Assembly: GCF_009914755.1 (NCBI RefSeq) | Contig: NC_060947.1 | Reading direction: 5' to 3' (one strand) | DNA length: 64,000 nucleotides | From: the human T2T-CHM13v2.0 reference genome, Homo sapiens | Shown: positions 53,151 through 64,000 of the stretch, piece by piece | Layout: every line of letters starts with the position of its first letter | Numbering within the stretch: position 1 is the stretch's first letter | Notes under the pieces: generated by a model | Told to the model about the DNA's origin: nothing | The model's database searches: none | The model's input: only the letters and a program-made list of their open reading frames with translations | Program-made: the position numbers and the translations under genes

Positions 53151-54771
53151 TAAAAATAGCAGTACTTGAAAAATCAGAACCAACTCGATATAATAGTATA
53201 TACTGACAACCACGTGCTCCCAAATCATTTCCTGAATTCCAATTACCTATGTGTGCAGAAGCCCAGCAGACACTTTGCAACACAGACAAGAACTGTAGGC
53301 ATCCTAATATCTTGCTAGAAAATTGTTTCTATAAATTTATAGTTTATTAGTAAGCAACCCTTTGGATTAAAAATGAAAAATGGCAGCCTTTATATTATTT
53401 GCCCTTAGGAACCAAAGAAAGATCTTGCATTTTCTAATGAATTCTGAGCCCACAGTACAACTCATCTTTGGAAATCACTGCTCCAGAATCCAAAGCATGG
53501 TGCTCAGGTACTTAAATACTCCATTGTCTGAGTAAACAAAAGCAGAGTGAATGTCTCCTTAAGGCTCCAAAGAATAAGGTAAAGTTCTGTTTCTTAGATT
53601 TGCAAAGTACTTCTGTCGAGTCACATACCTTATCTCACTAACTCTTACAACCTTTGGAGTATTTGGCTGGATTGTCCCTCTATGGTGCTCAGATTGAGTT
53701 TGAACAAGGTCAGGTGGCCAAGATGACCAGGACCAGTGCTCAGATCGTGGGACACCAAGGTCAGTGTGCTTGCTTGCTTACTGATGAAGGTTGGGGAAGC
53801 TGTCTAAGCCCACTGAAGAGCACACATACACACTGTATTGTTTAACTACAAAGTCCAATCTACCACTGTTATGAGTTACTAATAAGGGTTGGGAGACATT
53901 CTAAGCCCGCTGAAGAGCACGTACACACTGTATTGCTTAACTACAAAGTCCAATCCAAAAAAGGTTTGTTTCTCTGTCTCTTTCTCTCTCTTTCCTTCTG
54001 TCTCCCTCACATTCTTTAATTATCACACTTAGAATTCAGATAAACTATATTAATTACACTTGGATTTCTGGTATATATCTGTAATAACTCCAAGACATTT
54101 ATTTATTCGAACCAATAAACCTATTCTACCAGTAATTTGTGTTTTACTGGTTTATCTTTTTTCTTTTTGTATTTGAGTGGCCTGCAATAGCAGGCCAATC
54201 TGTGCTAAACTATATGTACTTTTAGAAAACGCCGATTTAGTTTCAAATACAATATGAGAATCTGCAAGTGCTTAATGGAAAACAAACTTGATTTTATGGA
54301 GAAAACTGAATAGCTTTTATAAATTTGTGATGAAAGGCTTACCAAAAAATTATAGAATTTAATCAAGTTCTACTGTTTCTAAGTTTTAACAGAAGAAGAT
54401 AAAAAACGGGTTAAAGACAATTTGGCATATAATAGAACCATTTATACTTTCACCAATAATATATATTATTATAGAATTACAACTACTAAATTTCTAAAAT
54501 AGAAATTCATTTATAGTGAAGATGACTGAGATGGCTTCCTAGTCTCTTTTTTATTAGAAGTGTACATATGTAGAATATTAAACTGCTTGGGGTAGGAGTC
54601 ATGTTTTCCCTGTGTAACATCAAGCATCTATCTACATAATTGAGCTACGCATTGAGCATTCAATACATATTTAAGAAATTTTAACCGAAATCCCATTATA
54701 ACTAACTCTAAGGGACTATCAGTTTTTGCAAATTGTGTTTGAGTTAAATGAGTCATAGAAAAGAGTCTTTC

Positions 54772-55562
<791 letters not shown>

Positions 55563-55689
55563 TCAGAATGACATATTAACACGAACATCACCATTGCTAG
55601 AAAACCACAATCTGACTATACAGGATCCTGGCAGCAGATCCATCTGATTACCCCAGGAAAATTCCTTGATATTTCTTTTTTCATGGTCT

Positions 55690-58580
55690 TTCATATATAT
55701 ATTCCTTTGTCAAGTGTCTGTTCAAGTGTTTTACCCTTTTTTATTGAGTTGTCTTTTTATTACTGTGTTGTAGAAATTCTTTATATACTCTGGATACCAT
55801 CCTTCATCAGATACATATTTTACAAATATTTTCTCCTGGTCTGTGGTTTGCCTTTTCATTTTCTTAATAGTGTCACTTGATGAGCAGAAGTGTAAAACTT
55901 TAATGAAGACTAATTTATCAATTGTTTTTCTTTTTATTGCTTCCTGTGACCTGTCCAAAAACTTTTATACCTAAATTGCAAAGATATTCTGTTCTGGAAG
56001 CTTTATAGTTTAACTTTTATACTTAGGTGTATGAGCTATCTCAAATTTTTGTGTATGATGTGAGGTAGGTAGAGATCAGACTGTGTGTTTCTTCCACATG
56101 GATATCCAGTTCTTCCAGCTCTGCCTGTTGAAAAAAATGTTCCTTTGTCTATTGGTTGCTTTGGTGCTTTTGTCAAATATCAAATGACAGTGTGACTGGG
56201 GGGTATAAACCTGGGCTCCCTATTCTGTTCCAGTGATCTATTTGTTTATTCCTATACCAATATCACACTGTGGTTATTGTAGCTTTATAGTAAGTCCTGA
56301 AGTTGGTTAGTCTAAGACTTTTTTTTCCTTTTTGGAGACAGCCTGTCACCCAGGCTGGAGTATAGTGCTGCAATCACGGCTCACTGCAGCCTCAACCTCC
56401 TGGGCTCCAGCAATCCTACCGCCTCAGCCACCAGAATAGCTGGGACTATAGGTGAGGCTGCAATGAGCTATTTTTAAATTAGCTCTACACTAACACACTT
56501 TTCATACACTTTTAATTACACCATGTCTGGCTAATTTTTAAATTTTTTTTTGTAGATGAGGTCTATGTTGCCCAGGCTAGTCTCGAACTCCTGAGCTCAA
56601 GTGATCCTCCTGCCTTGGTCTCCCAAAATGCTAGGTTTACAGGTGTGAGCCATTGCACTGAGCCAGTCTAAGACTTCTGGATGCTCTTTTTCAAGATTGT
56701 TTTGGATGTTCTAGGACTTTCTGTATTTCCATATGAATTTTATAATCAGTTTGTTAATTAAAAATGCACTACCACCTAATGGGGTTATAATTGGTATTAC
56801 ACTGTATCTATATATCAACCTTGTAAGAACAGGTATCTCAAAAATATTGATTCAGTCAGTTAATGAACATGGTATATCACTCCATTTACTTAGGTCTTCT
56901 TAAATATCTTTTGACAATGTTTTATAGTTTTCAATGTATACATCTCTGGATAAATTTATTCCTAAGTGTTACATGGTTTTTGATGGTATTGTAAATGAAA
57001 TTCTCTTGAATTTTATTTTCCAAGTGTTTACTGATATTGTAAAAACATGTTTATATATTGACTTTGCATCCTGAGGCCTTGTTAAATTCACTTATTAGTT
57101 CTAATAGTTAGTTGTTTTCCAGTATCCTTAGGATTTTAAAAATAATTATGTCATCTGTAGTATATATAGTTTTATTTCTTCTTTTCCAATATTTATGCTT
57201 TTTTTTTTTCTCTCTTACTGCATGGGCTAGGAACTCCAGGTACAACGTTGAATAAAGGTGGTGAGAATAGACATCCTTGCCTTGTTCCCAATGTTGGTAA
57301 GTTCAGAATTGCATTATTCAGTAATAATGGCAGCTAAAGGTTTTTGAAAGATGCCCTTTATGAGACTGAAAGAGTTCTTTTCTATTCTTAATTTGTTTAA
57401 AGTTTTTGTCTGTCAGGAATGGCTGTTGAATTTTGTCAAATGTTTTTCCTGTATCTGGTGAAACGATCACATGCTTTTCCTCCCTTTGTTTAATATGGTA
57501 AATTACACTGGTTGGTTTTTTAATGCCTATACCAAGATTATATTCCTAAGCTAAACTCAACTTGGTCATAATGTATTATCTTTTTTTATATAGTGACTAT
57601 AAGTCAATGAGATAGAAAACAGAATTATGGATTTTTTGTTTCTATGTTCATGAAGTTTATTGATCTGAAATTTTGTTTTCTTTTTGTGAGGGGCAGATAC
57701 ATAATGTCTTTACCAGGTTTTAGAATCAGAGTTCTGCTAGCGCCATAAAAAAAGATGGGGTACAACACCAACAGTGAACCCTAATGTAAACTATGGACTC
57801 TGAGTGATTATGAGGTCTCAATATAAGTTCATCAATTGTTACAAACGTACCACTCTGGTGTAGGATGCTGATAATGGGGCAGGAGGTATATGGAAAATCT
57901 CCGCAACTTCCTCTCAGTAACATGAAAAGGAAATGAAATGAAAAAACAAAAAAGAAATACGGGAAGCGTTCCCTCCTGTATTTTCTCAAAGAGTTTAAGA
58001 TTGGTATTTTTACTTTCTTAAATATTTGGTGGAATTTACCCACCAGTGAATCTATCTGGATCTGGAGTTTTCTTTGTGGGGGAAAATTTTGATAGTGGAT
58101 TCAGTTTCTTTATACATATATATATTATATATATATATATATATATAATATATATTAAAAAAACACACACTTACTAATATTTACTGTTTTGTCTTGTTTT
58201 CAGTTTGGGTAGATTATATTGTTCAGGAAATCTGTCCACTTTATCTAAGGTGTCAAGCTTACTGCATAAAGATGTCCATCACTTTCCCTTATTATCATTA
58301 TCATTGTAATAGATAACCCATCTTTCACTTTTGATTGTGGTAATTTGTGTTCTCTTTTTTTACAGATCAGTCTACCTTGAAGTTTATTGATTTTGTTTAT
58401 CTTTTCAAAGATCAAACTTGCTTTGTTAACTTTTTCTGTTTTCTATCTCATTGACTTTCCTTTCTTCTACTTTGTTTTTACTTTGTTCTTGTCTTGTTTC
58501 TTAAGGTAGAATTTTAGATATTCCTGTCTTACATGAGCATTTAAAGCTATAAATTTCCTTCTAAGCACTGCTTTAACTAT
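55690..58580 (-). mobile_element. Ancient L1 fragments with nested Alu (56318-56664 -), a plus-strand L1MC-like 3' piece (~57770-57930) and (TA)n
   Basis: antisense L1 ORF2-like motifs (ggtgagaatagacatccttgccttgttcc, tgttgaattttgtcaaatg). Confidence 0.7.
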
Positions 58581-58702
58581 CGCATGGGAAAGAATTTTGC
58601 CTTGCCCAAACAGAGGTCTGGCTTTGTCCCTGGCTCAAAACCTTGAAATTTCCTGAGTAACGGCAGTGTCTTTGTTATTTATGGTGGGTCCCTCAGACCG
58701 CA

Positions 58703-58967
58703 TGATATGGTTTGTCTGTGTTCCCACCCAAATCTCATCTTGAATTCCCACATATTGTGGGAGGGGCCTGGTGGGAGGTAATTGAATCATGGGGGCAGGT
58801 CTTGTGATAGTAAGTCTCACGAGATCTGATGGTTATTATAAGGGAGAGTTTTCCTGCACAAGCTCTCTTTAAGATGTGACCTGCTCCTCCTTGCCTTCTG
58901 TGATGATTGTGATGCCCGCCCAGTCTTGGGTATGTCTTTATCAGCAGCGTGAAAACAGACTAATACA
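58703..58967 (+). mobile_element. Internally deleted THE1-like solo LTR inside a MER21-like LTR fragment
   Basis: tgatatggtttg...cagactaataca; TSD ccgca / ccaca. Confidence 0.8.
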
Positions 58968-59298
58968 CCACACCTATAGGGAGTTTATGCTGAGGGATGG
59001 CTCATGATGCACGTGTTTTCCACCATTTCTAATCAACTTGGTCCTGTTTCCAGGGTAAAAACTTTCCAATGCACTCCCTTAGACAGGGCAATTGCTCTAA
59101 GACAGCTCTTTGAATCAATGAACTAAAGTTTGTCTGGCGATACTTCTTTAGTAGACATTCAGGCAAAATCGAGTTTAAAGACTGATTTTATGAACCCAAA
59201 AGACTAAATTGATCAATGCTAACTATACACCTCAGTGACTTTCGGCAAGAAACTGCATATGATGCTGCCAAAGTGCCAAATCTGGCACTCGGCAGTCA

Positions 59299-61279
<1,981 letters not shown>

Positions 61280-63015
61280 TTAAGAACTCTTTTTTCCTGT
61301 TATTTGATTTTTTTTTAAAGAAAATATGTAAATAAAACACATAAGAAGGGAAAAATGTTTTCCAGGATTTCAAAATTCATTACATAATTCTGTCCTCCCA
61401 ATGAAATTGTGTTTTCATCGCTGTGAGAAAAGACCCAAGAAAACCACTACACAGATGTATGTCTACAATGTATTACACTTAAAGGAATATTTTTCTAATT
61501 GTAAGGCTAGTCTCCTTAGGCAGGATTAGGCATGTGGGGCATTTGGGGAGATAAATGAAGAAGAGAAATGAAAGGATGGTTGAACTGTTTTCTCTTTCTG
61601 CTTGTTTTGATTTTTAATGAACAAACTGTGAGAAAGAACACTTAAATAATGAAAGCTTACTTTCATATTTATCATAATTTACCTTAAAAATTCATTATAA
61701 ATTGAACTACAGAAAAAGCCAAATATAAACATTTACAAGGATTAATCAAGTTATATTTTGAGACTACTAAGCAACCTCAATAAATGTGAAATAACATCAG
61801 CAGTTTATGTATTCTTATTTTCAAGAAAAGGAGAATCTTACACTAAGTGTTAAATGTTTCCTACAGATTTATCAATGATAAAAGGTGCCAATTTCAGAAT
61901 AGATAGAACAATACCTGAGAATTTTGTCTTGCCACAAAATTTTCACCTGTCTGTCTTCAAATGTTCATTCCCTGGTCTAGTGTCTGTATTTCAGCCACAT
62001 CTCCTGCTGTGTCTCCTCCAAGGTTGGTTTTGGGTCCTGCCTTCACTTCTGTGAACCTATCACTGTGCTCTGCTTGTTCTAAACGATTACAGTTAACTGT
62101 AGCCATACTTATTTATAGAAGATGCTGTATGGTACTAATACTGATAGTTTAAATATATTAAATCTCTTCATTTCCAGATCTACTTTTTTTTTTCCCAACA
62201 AGTTTTCCTTACCAAAAATCACAAAAAAGCTGGTTTTCATCAAATCATGCACTGATTTGCATCTATTCTAAATGCTTATTCCCCTGCCTCCCCCCGTCAC
62301 CACCGAAAAAGGTTTAGATTCCTTCCCTAGCTTAAAAGTTTAGATTGGAAACTCAGTATAAAAAGTTTTCTGCAGTGTGGAAGAGTAGAATTTAGTATAA
62401 AATGGATACATTTAGATTCGTTATGAAAAGAGATTTAGAAATGCCTAAGTATCCCAAAGAGCTCATTGTCCAATGCAGACAAAAAACACAGCTCTTTGCT
62501 TATAAAACCTTAATAGTGGTTTCCCTTGCAGGCCCTTTCACAAATGTTTTATCCACTTGAATATGCTGTTTTAAGATAATTTTCTGAAAATAATTGCTGT
62601 GATAGCTCATAAAAGCCACAGTGCTATTTGATGTATTAATTGAATCTTTTTATGCTTTAAGAAGCTGCATATGTATTTCTTCAATTACTTGTTACAGCTC
62701 ATGTTCTAATTTCTAGATCACAAAAGGCTTACTATAAGTATCCTAACCAAATGTTTTACTGTTTGTTTTGCTCCAAAGACCACACAAGTAAAAGAAATTG
62801 ATGCAATCTTCTAAAATATAGTAGCAATAGTTTATGTAACCCCTACATCATGCATAGTAATTCTTTGATTGCTTCAAGTTAGTGGGCTATAGAGTGACTA
62901 GGCTTCTGAAAATGACTTTAAGGGTACCTGACTAGATTGCTCAATTCTCACATTCAAATTTGCTTCTGTCTGTTGTTCAGATAATGCCGTGTCTTTTGGG
63001 TTCACCTGCCACTAA

Positions 63016-63326
<311 letters not shown>

Positions 63327-63623
63327 TACTGTTTGTTTAATCTTGCCTAAAAATGGCAGTGAGATATTTTATTATATACTCTTAAAACACTGTAGAAAGT
63401 CTTAGCTGCCATAATCAAGAAAAGTTAAGTGTGGGGGATGGGGGGCAGGAAAGCTGATTAATACACAGAATTAAGAAAAATTACACGTCAACTTTAACGT
63501 AACAAAACACTTGTATATAGCTATATTTTAAAGTTAGTTAGATAAAGACCTAATTTTTACGTGTCTGTTGGCTGGGGTTCCATATTGTATTTCTTACATA
63601 AACCACACCCATGATGACCTGCA

Positions 63624-63831
63624 GCAGAGGTTGGCAAACCTTTTCTGTCAAGGGCCAGATAATATTTTAGACTTTGTGGACCTGTGATAGAGTCTCTGTT
63701 GCAAGTAGTCAACTGTGCTGTTGAAACACAAAGGCAACCATAGGCAATATGTAAACAAATGGGCATGGCTATCGCTCCACTAAAACTTTTATTCACAGAA
63801 ACAGGCAACAGGCCCTAGTTTGCTGAACCCT
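63624..63831 (+). mobile_element. MER58A-like hAT MITE
   Basis: cagaggttggcaaac...aagggccagat...tagtttgctgaaccct with inverted termini. Confidence 0.75.
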
Positions 63832-64000
63832 CATCTATAATTTTGATTGCTTTAGAATGGAGCAAGAAAGATATTAAGAACACTTATAATGCAATTTGAG
63901 TACAGAATCCTTTTAGACTTTTTTCAGTTGTTTTCACCCATATCTAATTCACAATCCCTATTTTTTGAGTGATTTGCCTTTGGCTTTCATAGAAAGAGCG

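Noticed and set aside
53623-53815. Strong minus-strand donor AAG|GTATGT at 53629 suggesting a cryptic TAB3 exon
   Set aside because: No convincing acceptor identified; needs RNA evidence.

Overview
Primate (most likely human) genomic DNA with no prokaryotic features. On the minus strand of the right third are the last three coding exons of TAB3 (C-terminal NZF finger) and its ~4 kb 3' UTR. TAB3 is on human Xp21.2. The dominant feature is a ~19.7 kb degenerate pentanucleotide array, (GCCTT)n/(AAGGC)n, at ~5143-24896. It has a ~1 kb higher-order structure and one AluY insertion with a target-site duplication (TSD). It sits where the A-tail of an old antisense Alu should be, between the two ends of a Tigger3-like DNA transposon. 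The window also holds a decayed MYNN processed pseudogene split by an MST LTR, a composite local duplication (one inverted plus one direct copy) near 30.2-31.0 kb, and many Alu/L1/LTR/DNA-transposon remnants. Nearly all ORFs in the supplied track are artefacts of the array or of Alus. Repeat subfamily names are recognised from memory, not from a database search, and repeat coordinates are approximate.
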